17,706 bases of DNA from Myxococcales bacterium (GCA_038320275.1 JBBQEB010000073.1:1-17706); one strand, 5' to 3'. Numbered from the stretch's first letter, positions 1-8,530 are shown. Notes: generated from the sequence alone by a model not told the origin. Made by a program: numbers and translations.

Positions 1-242
1 CCGGCGCCCCGGGGCACGATGGGCACGCCCGCCGCCCGCGCGAGCTTCACCACCTCGACCACTTCCTCGGTGGAGCCCGGAAGCACGACCAGCTCCGGCC
101 GGGTGCGACCGTGCGTGAGCCCGTCGCACTCGTACACGAAGAGGCCGGCCGGATCGGAGATGCAGTTGCCTGCACCGACCACGGTGGACATGCGCCGCGC
201 CAGTGCGGCGAGGGCTGGGACGGCGCTGTTCGCGAGGGCCAT
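1..242 (-). CDS. glcD: Glycolate oxidase subunit GlcD / FAD-linked oxidase, 5' part (runs off the window's left edge)
   Basis: Not in the ORF track. Manual translation from ATG at 242 gives MALANSAVPALAALARRMSTVVGAGNCISDPAGLFVYECDGLTHGRTRPELVVLPGSTEEVVEVVKLARAAGVPIVPRGAG. YECDGL, P-x-x-VVLP-x-STEEV and VPRGAG are typical of the GlcD FAD-binding N-terminus. Confidence 0.85.
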   Translation of the reverse strand, partial: MALANSAVPALAALARRMSTVVGAGNCISDPAGLFVYECDGLTHGRTRPELVVLPGSTEEVVEVVKLARAAGVPIVPRGA

Positions 243-400
243 GCGCGTGCCTCGAGAGCGCTCGCCCGCGTGCGCGAGGCTTCCCGTGGAGTGTAGGAAA
301 AAGTGCACCCGCGTGGCCAGCCGTAAGGGCGCGCCGCAGCTTGGCCCATCGGGGTTCTCCGACCCTTGCCGCCTCGAACGAGGCGCGCCATGGTCGCCGC

Positions 401-1456
401 ATGAACCGCCACGCCTCGCGGAGCCCACGGCCGCACTTCATCATCCCTCCCTACCTGCTCCGGCAGATCGCCACGCACGGCGAGGGGGAGGAGCGCCGCT
501 TCGCCCTCGACACGCTCCTCGCCACCGAGCGCTTTCGCGGAGAGCGGTCCGCCCTCGGCGAGGCGGCCGGCGGGGTGTCGCCGGGGCAGAAGCGGCGCAC
601 CCTCTACGACGCGGGACACCTCCAGAAGCTGCCCGGGAAGCTGGTGCGCGGGGAGAGTGATCCCGCCGCCGGGGACGCCGCGGTGAACCAGGCCTTCGAG
701 GGGCTCGGCGCCACCTACGACTTCTACGACGAGGTGATGAAGCGGAACTCGATCGACGGCCGCGGGCAGCGGCTCGACGCCAGCGTCCACTTCGGGAAAA
801 GCTATGACAACGCCTTCTGGACCGGCCGGCAGATGGTGTTCGGCGACGGCGACGGCAAGCTCTTCACCGGCTTCACGGCGTGCCTGGAGGTCATCGGGCA
901 CGAGCTCTCGCACGGCGTGGTCGAGAGCGAGGCGGGGCTCGTGTACGAGGGCCAGCCCGGCGCGCTCAACGAGTCCTACGCCGACGTGATGGGGGTGCAG
1001 GTGAAGCAGTGGAAGCTCGGGCAGACCAGCGCCGAGGCGAGCTGGCTCGTCGGAGAGGGGCTCCTCGCGCCGGGCGTGAAGGGCGTCGCGCTCCGGTCGA
1101 TGAAGGCGCCCGGCACCGCCTACGACGATCCGCGGCTGGGCAAGGACCCGCAGCCGGCGCACATGCGTGGCTACGTGGACACCGAGGAGGACAACGGCGG
1201 GGTGCACCTGAACTCCGGGATCCCGAACCGCGCCTTCTACCTCGCCGCGACGCGGTTCGGGGGCCGCTCGTGGGAGCGAGCGGGGGCGATCTGGTATCAC
1301 GCGCTCCTGCACAACCTGGCGCGCAAGAGCGACTTCGCCTCCGCCGCGGCGGCCACCATGGCCTCCGCCCGGACGCTCTTCGGTCCCGAGGCCGAGGCGG
1401 TGGTCCAGGCGGCCTGGGCCGAGGTGGGCGTGCAGCCGCTGAGGGCGCTCGCATGA
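401..1456 (+). CDS. M4 family zinc metallopeptidase, protealysin-like
   Basis: HELSH (HExxH), GALNESYADV third-ligand motif, YDNAFW and DNGGVHLNSGIPNRAFY. Short propeptide with IIPPYLL and no signal peptide, as in protealysin-like proteases. Start at ATG 401, within track ORF 203..1456. Confidence 0.95.
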   Translation: MNRHASRSPRPHFIIPPYLLRQIATHGEGEERRFALDTLLATERFRGERSALGEAAGGVSPGQKRRTLYDAGHLQKLPGKLVRGESDPAAGDAAVNQAFEGLGATYDFYDEVMKRNSIDGRGQRLDASVHFGKSYDNAFWTGRQMVFGDGDGKLFTGFTACLEVIGHELSHGVVESEAGLVYEGQPGALNESYADVMGVQVKQWKLGQTSAEASWLVGEGLLAPGVKGVALRSMKAPGTAYDDPRLGKDPQPAHMRGYVDTEEDNGGVHLNSGIPNRAFYLAATRFGGRSWERAGAIWYHALLHNLARKSDFASAAAATMASARTLFGPEAEAVVQAAWAEVGVQPLRALA

Positions 1457-1752
1457 GGATCGAGCTGGAGCGGTCGGGCGGCTTTGCGGGCATCCGGCGC
1501 ACGAGCCGGGTGGAAGAGGGCGCGCTCGCCCCCGAGGACGAGGAGCGGCTGCGAGCAGCCCTCGAGGCTGCCGGCTTCTTCGAGCTGCCGCCCACGCCGC
1601 GCGGCGGAGGCGGAGCCCGCGGGGCCGACCGCTTCGCCTGGCGGCTTCGCGCCGAGGACGGCGAGCGCGCCAACGAGGTCCGCTTCGACGAGGCGTCCGC
1701 CACGGACGAGCTGCGGGCGGTGGTGGAACTGGTGGAGGAGCTGGCGAAGTAG
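1453..1752 (+). CDS. Emfourin-family protealysin inhibitor (99 aa)
   Basis: MRIELERSGGFAGI...GADRFAWRLRAEDG matches the emfourin SGGFAG and D-x-F-x-Y/W pattern. ATGA start/stop overlap with the protease at 1453-1456. Confidence 0.9.
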   Translation: MRIELERSGGFAGIRRTSRVEEGALAPEDEERLRAALEAAGFFELPPTPRGGGGARGADRFAWRLRAEDGERANEVRFDEASATDELRAVVELVEELAK

Positions 1753-1769
1753 GAGCAGGGGGGTTGGGG

Positions 1770-1852
1770 TCGTGCTCGTGCTCGTGCTCGTGCTCGCGGT
1801 TGCGGTCGCGGTCGAGGTCGGTCGCGGTCGAGGTCGGTCGCGGTCGAGGTCG
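1770..1852. repeat. Intergenic tandem repeats: (TCGTGC)x4 at 1770-1793, degenerate hexamers, then (GTCGCGGTCGAGGTCG)x3 at 1805-1852
   Basis: Read directly from the sequence. Lies between convergent genes. No spacers. Confidence 0.95.
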
Positions 1853-1871
1853 GGGTCGCGGGCCCTCGCGC

Positions 1872-2480
1872 TCAGCGCTCCGCGCCGGGCCTCTCGCCGC
1901 CCTCTTCCTCGTCCTCCTCCACGCACTCGAAGAAGGTGGGCTGGAACACCAGCACCTCGTAGCAGGGCAGCTCGCAAGTGCCGGGACCGTGCCGGGCCGC
2001 CTCGTCCAGCGCGCCGCCCCGATCCCCCACCGCTGCGGCCATCGCCGCGGGGCTGGTCCCCGGCGCGAAGGTGAAGGTGGCGCGCTGCAGCTCTCCGCCC
2101 TCCCAGGCGAGCTCCACGTGGCGCAGTGCCGGATGCAGCTTCGAGGCGGGCGCGTCCGGGACGAGCGGGCCCGAACGCCACGCTCGCTCGTCTTCGCAGG
2201 GATCCTCGGGCAGCGCGGGGAGACGCCGGCCGCAGCCGAAGCTCGGGTCGGCGCGCCCGAGGCGTCGCTCCAAAACGCAGCCCAGCTCACCCGGCCCGAG
2301 GCGCAGCCAGGAGGAGACGTCGAGGGCTGGCGCCACCTCCCGCCCCGCGTCGCTCGCCGGTGGCCTGGCTGCCGCGCCATCCCGGCAGGCGAGCGCGAGC
2401 GCCGCCGCGGCGGAGAGCGCGAGGCGGCGGAGCGCTCCGGGGACACACGTCGTGACAGGTGAAGGGTGGAGGCGCGGCAT
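1872..2480 (-). CDS. Hypothetical lipoprotein, Cys-rich, with acidic tail
   Basis: RRLALSAAAALALA-C lipobox-like signal, six further Cys, C-terminal EEDEEE. Start uncertain (2480 or 2495). Confidence 0.6.
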   Translation of the reverse strand: MPRLHPSPVTTCVPGALRRLALSAAAALALACRDGAAARPPASDAGREVAPALDVSSWLRLGPGELGCVLERRLGRADPSFGCGRRLPALPEDPCEDERAWRSGPLVPDAPASKLHPALRHVELAWEGGELQRATFTFAPGTSPAAMAAAVGDRGGALDEAARHGPGTCELPCYEVLVFQPTFFECVEEDEEEGGERPGAER

Positions 2481-2500
2481 CGCGGGTGGCGACATCGTAC

Positions 2501-3184
2501 ATGCCCATGCCCGCTGCAGAGACCGCCACCGCCCGCATCTTCCTGCTCTCCCCCGCCAACTCGGGAGGAGCGCGGGCTGGCCTTCTGCTCCGCCCGCAGG
2601 CCACCTTCGCCCTGGCGCGCTCGGTCCAGGACGGCCCGGGCGCATCGCTCGGCGCGGTGTTCAGCTTCACGAGCGGCCTCTACTTCCGGGGAAAGCTCGC
2701 GTACGCGGAAGCCTTCGCCCGCCCGCCGCGCAACGTCCTCGGCGCGCTCGTGATCGCCCCTGGCGCAGGGCTCGTGCCGCCGTCCACGGTCGTGACCGGC
2801 GACATCCTCCGCGCGTACGCAAAGGTGCCCATCGACCCGGCCGACGCGCGTTATCGGGCGCCCCTGGCGCGCGACGCGGCGGCGCTGGCGGAGGCCGCGC
2901 CGGGGGCGGAGATGATGCTCCTGGGGAGCATCGCCTCGGGCAAGTACGTCGACGTGCTTCTGGAGGCGTTCGGAGACAGGCTGCTCTTCCCCTCCGCCTT
3001 CGTGGGGCGGGGCGACATGAGCCGGGGCGGGCTCCTCCTGCGCTGCGTCCGCGCGGGCGAAGAGCTCGGCTACGAGCCGGTGCGCGGCGCGGTGCGTCGA
3101 GGCAAGCGTCCGCCGCGACTCGCGCCGGAGCGGCCAAGGCGCCGAGGGCGAAGCGATATCAGGCGGTCGGCTTCCCGGCGTTGA
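2501..3184 (+). CDS. Conserved hypothetical protein, possible remote YaaA/DUF328-like
   Basis: Protein-like composition with motif blocks RIFLLSPA, FSFTSGLYFRGK, LLGSIASGKY and GRGDMSRGGLLLR. Start at 2501 or 2507. 3' end overlaps the glutaredoxin gene by 26 nt. Confidence 0.8.
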   Translation: MPMPAAETATARIFLLSPANSGGARAGLLLRPQATFALARSVQDGPGASLGAVFSFTSGLYFRGKLAYAEAFARPPRNVLGALVIAPGAGLVPPSTVVTGDILRAYAKVPIDPADARYRAPLARDAAALAEAAPGAEMMLLGSIASGKYVDVLLEAFGDRLLFPSAFVGRGDMSRGGLLLRCVRAGEELGYEPVRGAVRRGKRPPRLAPERPRRRGRSDIRRSASRR

Positions 3185-3434
3185 CGAGCGCGCTGCGCAG
3201 CCCTTCGGATCGGTCGAGCTCCTGCAGCTCGGTGTAGCCGCCGACGTGTCGATGCCCGAAGAAGATCTGCGGCAGGGTGCTCGGGCCACCCGTCTCTCGC
3301 ACCATGTCCTCGCGTTTCTCGGGGTGCTCCGTGACGTCGATGATGTCGTACGGGATGCCCTTCTCGTCGAGCAGCCGCCTGGCGCTGGCCGAGTAGGGGC
3401 AACCCTGCTTGAAGTACATGCGGACCTGGGGCAT
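3159..3434 (-). CDS. Glutaredoxin (GrxC-like scaffold, monothiol CPYS active site), 91 aa
   Basis: GCPYS, TLPQIF (cis-Pro motif) and HVGGYTEL. AAGGAGG RBS at 3440-3446 on the minus strand. This is the C-terminal end of track ORF 3159..5969. Confidence 0.92.
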   Translation of the reverse strand: MPQVRMYFKQGCPYSASARRLLDEKGIPYDIIDVTEHPEKREDMVRETGGPSTLPQIFFGHRHVGGYTELQELDRSEGLRSALVNAGKPTA

Positions 3435-3502
3435 CGCGGCCTCCTTCGTGGGTGAGGAAAGCTGCGCACCCAGAAGGGATTTGGCATCGCCTCCCACGCC
3501 GT

Positions 3503-5686
3503 TCAGCGCTCCTCCTCGCTGGCGATTCGGGCGAGGAGCGCGCGGGCGGCGGGGACGTCGCGCACCCGCAGCGGTGCGCGGCTCTGCGCCGGCCCGACGT
3601 GGATCGCGATGGCGCCCTCCGGCAGGGCGGCGAAGGTGTCCTCGTCGGTGCGGTCGTCGCCCATGGCGAGGAGCAGCGTCTCCGGCGCGGCGCGCCCGAG
3701 CACCTGATCCACGGCGCGTCCCTTGTTCACGCCCACCGGCCGGACCTCCAGCACCATCTCGCCTCGGAGGATCTCGACCGGCACGTTGCCCAGCAGGCTG
3801 GACAGATGCGCGAGCAGCTCCTTGGCCTGCACCGCCCCGTACTCCGGATCCGCAGCGCGATAGTGCCAGGCGTAGCCGGCCGTCTTCTCCTCGATGAGCG
3901 ACCCCGGCGTGCGCTCGGCGAAGTCGCGAAGGATGGACAGCACCGGCTCGCGCCAGGTCGCGGGCGGAAGCTGAAAGCCGTTCCAGTCGCCTCCGGGGAA
4001 GCGCGACCAGAAGCCGTGCTCCGCGTGGAGCCCCACCGGCAGCCCGCCGAACCACCGTTCCAGCGTCGCGCGCTTGCGGCCGCTGACGATGTGCACCTCC
4101 GTGCGCGGCCGGCGGGTCAGGGCCTCCACCAGCGCGTACAGCTCGGCGTCGGGGGCCGCCAGCTCCGGGGTGGCCGCGAAGGGCACCAGGGTGCCGTCGT
4201 AGTCGAGGAGGAGCGAAAGGTGCGCCGCAGCGCGCGCCCGCCCCACCGCCTCGCGGATCGCCGCGGGCGGAGAGGGAGCCGGCTCGGCGTCGGCCGTACC
4301 AGGAGTAGACTCGAGCCGCGCCACGAACGAATTCGCCCAGCGGTGCACGTCGTAGGTGAGCACGCGCTCGCGCAGCACCGCCATGCGGGCGCGGCGCTCC
4401 TCGACCGGCATGACCAGGGCGTCGTAGATCAGCTCCGCGGTGCGCTCGACGTCGAAGGGGTTCACCATCACCGCCTCGGAGAGCTCGGCTGCGGCGCCGG
4501 CGAATTCGGACAGCACCAGCACTCCGTCCCCGTCCGGCCGCGCCGCGATGAACTCCTTCGCCCCGAGGTTCATGCCGTCGCGGAGCGGCGTCACCAGCAC
4601 CGCGTCGGCCGCCCGGTACAGGGCGACGATCTCCGGGAGCGCCAGGCCTCGGTACAGGTAGTGGATGGGCGACCAGCTCGGCGTCGCGAAGGCGCCGTGG
4701 ATGCGCCCCACCATCGCGTCCACCTCCTCGCGCAGCTCGCGATACGCCCCCACGTTCTCGCGGGAGGGCACCGCCACCTGCACCAGCCGGATGCGCCCCA
4801 GCAGCTCGGGGTGGTTGCGCAGGAGAGTCTCGAAGGCGAGGAGCCTGCGCGCGATGCCCTTCGTGTAGTCGAGCCGGTCGATGCCGACGAGAAGCAGGGA
4901 GCCGTCCTGGCGGTGCTCCTCGACGAGCTTCGCGACCTCCTCCGATTCCGCCAGCTCGGAGAACGCCGCAGCGTCGATGCCCATGGGGAATACGCCCAGC
5001 CGGACCTCGCGCCGCTCCCAGCGGATGTGGTCCACCTCCGTGGCGGCGCCCAGGAGCCGCAGCGCCGACGAGGCGAAGTGGCGCACGAAGGTGGCGGTGT
5101 GGAAGCCGAGCAGGTCGGCCCCAAGCAGCCCCCGCAGGAGACGCTCGCGCTGCGGGAGCTGGCGGAAGATCTCCGAGGAGGGAAAGGGGATGTGTAGGAA
5201 GAAGCCGATGCGCGCGTCCGGGAGGCGTTCGCGCAGCATCTGGGGGAGCAGCATGAGCTGGTAGTCGTGAACCCAGATCAGGTCGCCCGGCTGGTACCGC
5301 TCCGCCACAGCGTCGGCGAAGCGCGCGTTCACCGCCTCGTAGGCGTCGAAGTCGCGCACCTCGACCGGGAGCCGCGCCACCGCATAGTGCAGGAGCGGCC
5401 ACAGGACCGAATTGGAGTAGCCCTCGTAGTAGCGCGCCACCTCGTCGTCGCTGAGCGGGACGGCGGCGAGCCGCAGCTCCGCCAGCTTCCGGTCGATCTC
5501 GGCCCTCACCTCGGGTGAGGTGTCCCCGACCGGCCCGGGCCAGCCGATCCAGAGGCCCCCCAGCCGCTCGTGCGGGCCCTTCATTCCAGTGGCGAGGCCG
5601 CCCGTGCTGCGAGACACCGAGATGTCCTCGCCGGCGACCTTCACCGTCACCGGCAGGCGGTTCGAGACGATGAGCAGGCGAGCCAT
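3503..5686 (-). CDS. Bifunctional trehalose-6-phosphate synthase/phosphatase (OtsA-OtsB fusion), 727 aa
   Basis: GT20 motifs [38 protein letters not shown] and [11 protein letters not shown] domain motifs [14 protein letters not shown] and GDDRTDED. Confidence 0.97.
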   Translation of the reverse strand: MARLLIVSNRLPVTVKVAGEDISVSRSTGGLATGMKGPHERLGGLWIGWPGPVGDTSPEVRAEIDRKLAELRLAAVPLSDDEVARYYEGYSNSVLWPLLHYAVARLPVEVRDFDAYEAVNARFADAVAERYQPGDLIWVHDYQLMLLPQMLRERLPDARIGFFLHIPFPSSEIFRQLPQRERLLRGLLGADLLGFHTATFVRHFASSALRLLGAATEVDHIRWERREVRLGVFPMGIDAAAFSELAESEEVAKLVEEHRQDGSLLLVGIDRLDYTKGIARRLLAFETLLRNHPELLGRIRLVQVAVPSRENVGAYRELREEVDAMVGRIHGAFATPSWSPIHYLYRGLALPEIVALYRAADAVLVTPLRDGMNLGAKEFIAARPDGDGVLVLSEFAGAAAELSEAVMVNPFDVERTAELIYDALVMPVEERRARMAVLRERVLTYDVHRWANSFVARLESTPGTADAEPAPSPPAAIREAVGRARAAAHLSLLLDYDGTLVPFAATPELAAPDAELYALVEALTRRPRTEVHIVSGRKRATLERWFGGLPVGLHAEHGFWSRFPGGDWNGFQLPPATWREPVLSILRDFAERTPGSLIEEKTAGYAWHYRAADPEYGAVQAKELLAHLSSLLGNVPVEILRGEMVLEVRPVGVNKGRAVDQVLGRAAPETLLLAMGDDRTDEDTFAALPEGAIAIHVGPAQSRAPLRVRDVPAARALLARIASEEER

Positions 5687-5746
5687 GCAGGGCTTGTAGG
5701 ACGGGAGCCGCCCGCGAGCCACGAAGCCCAGGGGCCCGGGCCGTGC

Positions 5747-6028
5747 TCACCCGCCGGTGCGGGCCAGGGAGAGCTTCGCCGCGCGCGACAGGCGCTTCAG
5801 CGAGGCTTCCCGTCTGAGCGCTGCGGAGCGATCCTTCGCGGGCTCCTCGTACACGAGCTCGACGGGGAGGCGTGCGCGGGTGTAGCGGGCCCCCTTGCCG
5901 GAGGCGTGGCGCGCGAGCCGCCGGGCGAGGTCGTTCGTCGCCCCGGCGTAGAGCGTCCCGTCGCCGCACCGGAGGAGGTACACGCGCCAGGACGCACCGG
6001 AGGCGATATCGGGTAGGCGGGCCCGCAT
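5747..6028 (-). CDS. Small GIY-YIG nuclease family protein (YhbQ/UPF0213-like)
   Basis: [26 protein letters not shown]...GARYTR...[13 protein letters not shown]. Start codon uncertain. Confidence 0.9.
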   Translation of the reverse strand: MRARLPDIASGASWRVYLLRCGDGTLYAGATNDLARRLARHASGKGARYTRARLPVELVYEEPAKDRSAALRREASLKRLSRAAKLSLARTGG

Positions 6029-6160
6029 CGGTGCAGCGTAGCCCGCGGCCGCGCTTCAGGCCCCTTTCCGGCCACTCGCCGCGCGCATATGGGCGCGCGA
6101 GGCGCTTGCTTGTTCGGCCCCCAGGGCAGACCTTGAGCGCAGCCTAAGGAGGCGAACGAC

Positions 6161-6613
6161 ATGAACGCAAAGGGAATCGCAGTGATGGTAACCCTCGCCG
6201 TGAGCGGGGTGGCCCGGGCCGACGCGAACGCGATGGGGCCGAACGTTCGCGGCACCGCGCTCGACGCGCGGGGCGACCTCGCCTCGATGGGCATCCTGCC
6301 CGGCAGCATGGCCGAGGACCTCGCGACGGGGGCGTCCGGGGAGGCCGGCGCCAGCGCCATCTTCATCGACGCGCTGTACGGCGGGCTCGCGGGCGTGCTC
6401 ATCGGCGCCGGCGTGGCGCTCATCGACGGTGGCAACTGGGGACGAGATCTCGGCATCGGCGCCGGCGCGGGGATCATCGTGGGAGCTGCCCTCGGAGCGG
6501 TGCGGCAGCTCAGCGACGTGGGTCCGAACAGGCTCGCCATGGACGGCATGGGCTCCACCGCGCGCGACCCGGTGATGAGCGCCCGGACGGTCGGCGTGGG
6601 CGGCCGCTTCTAG
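6161..6613 (+). CDS. Hypothetical exported/membrane protein with glycine-zipper helices
   Basis: AAGGAGG RBS at 6146-6152. Signal-peptide-like N-terminus (…VARA). Two GxxxG-rich hydrophobic segments. C-terminal GGRF. Confidence 0.8.
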   Translation: MNAKGIAVMVTLAVSGVARADANAMGPNVRGTALDARGDLASMGILPGSMAEDLATGASGEAGASAIFIDALYGGLAGVLIGAGVALIDGGNWGRDLGIGAGAGIIVGAALGAVRQLSDVGPNRLAMDGMGSTARDPVMSARTVGVGGRF

Positions 6614-6623
6614 CGGAGCACCT

Positions 6624-6685
6624 TCGGGCCGTCCAGCGTGCAGGCGCGCTGGACGCCCGAGGGCGAGGGCGCAGCCCGTTTTTTT
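6624..6685 (+). terminator. Probable intrinsic terminator
   Basis: Long hairpin TCGGG-C-CGTCCAGCG...CGCTGGACG-CCCGA (6624-6660), then GGGC-GCA-GCCC and a T7 run (6679-6685) just after the stop at 6613. Confidence 0.6.
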
Positions 6686-6808
6686 GGGGGGAGGGGTCCC
6701 AGCCGAAGCTGGGGAGGGCGGAGCCCTCCAGGCAGGGACAGCGCGCGAAGCGCAGGTGGGCCCCTGCGAGCAGGAGTGGGGCCCCGCCCAGCTTTGCTGG
6801 ACGGGGTG
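6686..6808. repeat. Multi-hairpin intergenic element (REP/BIME-like or structured RNA)
   Basis: Successive palindromes CCCAGC-CGAA-GCTGGG, GGAGGGC-GGA-GCCCTCC, CGCAGG-N6-CCTGCG and CCCCG-C-CCAGC-TTT-GCTGG-A-CGGGG between convergent genes. Confidence 0.5.
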
Positions 6809-6825
6809 AGCTTGCAGCCCTCGTC

Positions 6826-7443
6826 TCAAGTCGCGTTGGGTACGTCGATGTGGAGCTCGACGCGGCGGTTGCTCGCGCGTCCAGCCGCGGTGCCGTTGTC
6901 GGCGACCGGGCTCGCCTCGCCCTTGCCCTCTGAGGTGAGCTGCGCTTCTTTGACGCCGCGCCCGACCAGGAGCGCGCGCACGGCTCCGGCGCGGCGGTTG
7001 GAGAGCTCCTCGTTGTGCTTCGCCGATCCGGTGCTGTCGGTGAAGCCCTCCACGCGCACGCGGTCGTCCGAATACTTGGCGATGATGTCGCCCACCTTGG
7101 TGATCTGATCGATGGCCTCCGGCTTCAGCGAGGCGCTGTCGGTGTCAAACAGGATGTCGCCCTTCATCTTCACCAGGACGCCGTTCTCGGTGCGCTTCGT
7201 CTCGGCGACCGCCTCGAGCTCGTGGGCCTGCTTGTCGAGGTAGAGCCCCACCGAGCCGCCCGCGAGCGCGCCCACGCCGGCGCCGATGATGGCTCCCTTG
7301 CCGCCGCCGAGGAGGGCGCCCAGTCCCGCACCCACGGCGGCACCGCCGCCGCCGCCGATGGCGGTGCGCTTTCCAGGCGTGGTGCAGCCGAGGAGGAGCG
7401 CGGAGACGGTCAGGACGGCGATCGCTGTCGAGCGGCTCTTCAT
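6826..7443 (-). CDS. OmpA-family lipoprotein with glycine zipper (YiaD-like), 205 aa
   Basis: Lipobox LLLG-C, glycine zipper, and an OmpA C-domain with ILFDTDSA, VEGFTDSTG, NEELSNRRA and NRRVEL. Confidence 0.95.
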   Translation of the reverse strand: MKSRSTAIAVLTVSALLLGCTTPGKRTAIGGGGGAAVGAGLGALLGGGKGAIIGAGVGALAGGSVGLYLDKQAHELEAVAETKRTENGVLVKMKGDILFDTDSASLKPEAIDQITKVGDIIAKYSDDRVRVEGFTDSTGSAKHNEELSNRRAGAVRALLVGRGVKEAQLTSEGKGEASPVADNGTAAGRASNRRVELHIDVPNAT

Positions 7444-7568
7444 CGATGTCTTCTCCGAGGGAATGGCGGCGGACGCCGCAGTGACCCGGAAAGACACCAC
7501 GGCTCCAGCGCGCGCGCAAGCTCTGGCCCGCTCCGAGCCTTCCCGGGAAGTGACTGGAGGCCTGGCGC

Positions 7569-8408
7569 TCAGGCGGCCTGGGGCCGCGCTGCCGGGGTCC
7601 CGCGCTTGCCCACCGAGGGTCTCGTGGAAACCCGCAACTTGCGCGTGAAGCGCGCGAGGATCTCCGTGCCGGCGAGACCCGGCAGAGCGGCGACCCTCGC
7701 GTCCACCTCGGCGGCCAGCCCGTCGCCGTCGGCGCCGGGGAAGAGCTCGTCGAGCACGCGGAGCGAGGCGGGCGGGCCCTTCTCGCCGGCCCCGACCGGC
7801 GCCCAGAAGCGCTGCAGCGCGAAGCGGGTCAGCCGCCGGGCCCCGGCGGAGGCCTCCAGGCGTTCACGGGCGCTGTTGTAGTACCAGGCGAAGTGGCGTC
7901 GCTCCTGCCGCGCGATGCGGCGGCACAGCTCGGCCAGCACAGGGTTCGAGGTGCGCCGCTCCAGCGCCTCGTAGCCGCGCAGCGTGACGAGCTCGTTGGA
8001 GGCGCCCCAGGTCATGTAGACGGCCGGGAAGTCGCGTGCGAAGACCCGCCGCTCCAGCGCGCCGAAGACCCCCTGGAGCGCGTTCATCCATCCCGGCGGC
8101 TTCAGCATCCGGCCGGCGCGGGCGCCCTGGAGCGGGTGCCCGCACTCGGAGAGGAGCCGCGCCAGGGCCCGCCCGTGGAAGTACTCCTCGTAGTTCCAGA
8201 TGGCGATGAAGCCCACCACGTCCGGCTCCTCCACCAGCCGGCTGCGCAGGAGGTCGCGGGTGTACACGGCCGTCTCCGCCTCGATGTCCGAGAAGTACTC
8301 GAGGACGAAGCGTTCACCTGGGGTGAGCCCCGCGCGCCGCGCCGCGGCCCAGTCGAGGTCCTCGATGACGACCTGCGCAGACGATGCGACGAGCTGTTCG
8401 TGGTCCAT
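7569..8408 (-). CDS. Ferritin-like di-iron carboxylate protein (acyl-ACP desaturase-like)
   Basis: Four-helix ligand pattern DIEAET / WNYEEYFHG / NELVTLRGY / IARQERRH (E...ExxH...E...ExxH). Confidence 0.85.
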   Translation of the reverse strand: MDHEQLVASSAQVVIEDLDWAAARRAGLTPGERFVLEYFSDIEAETAVYTRDLLRSRLVEEPDVVGFIAIWNYEEYFHGRALARLLSECGHPLQGARAGRMLKPPGWMNALQGVFGALERRVFARDFPAVYMTWGASNELVTLRGYEALERRTSNPVLAELCRRIARQERRHFAWYYNSARERLEASAGARRLTRFALQRFWAPVGAGEKGPPASLRVLDELFPGADGDGLAAEVDARVAALPGLAGTEILARFTRKLRVSTRPSVGKRGTPAARPQAA

Positions 8409-8530
8409 TCAACGGTGTGTACATGTGCCCGGACCTCTGCGCCCGGGTTTGCCGCGGTGGCCCCCGGAGCGGCTTGGGCGCCCCTGGAGAACTGCGGGCG
8501 GGGGGACGCGGTCGCCCGTATGGAGGGTAC

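Noticed and set aside
1770..1852. Possible CRISPR array
   Set aside because: Repeats are directly tandem, 6-16 nt long, with no spacers and no cas genes.
47..3487. 1146-aa minus-strand ORF
   Set aside because: Arg/Pro/Ala-rich shadow frame overlapping several well-supported genes. Long stop-free frames are expected at this GC content.
3159..5969. 936-aa ORF as a giant glutaredoxin fusion
   Set aside because: Only the last 91 aa are protein-like and they have their own RBS. The rest is an alternative frame of the otsAB and GIY-YIG genes.
5747..6028. GIY-YIG gene as a homing endonuclease or mobile element
   Set aside because: Its size and motifs fit the stand-alone chromosomal YhbQ/UPF0213 family. 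No intron or element boundaries are visible.
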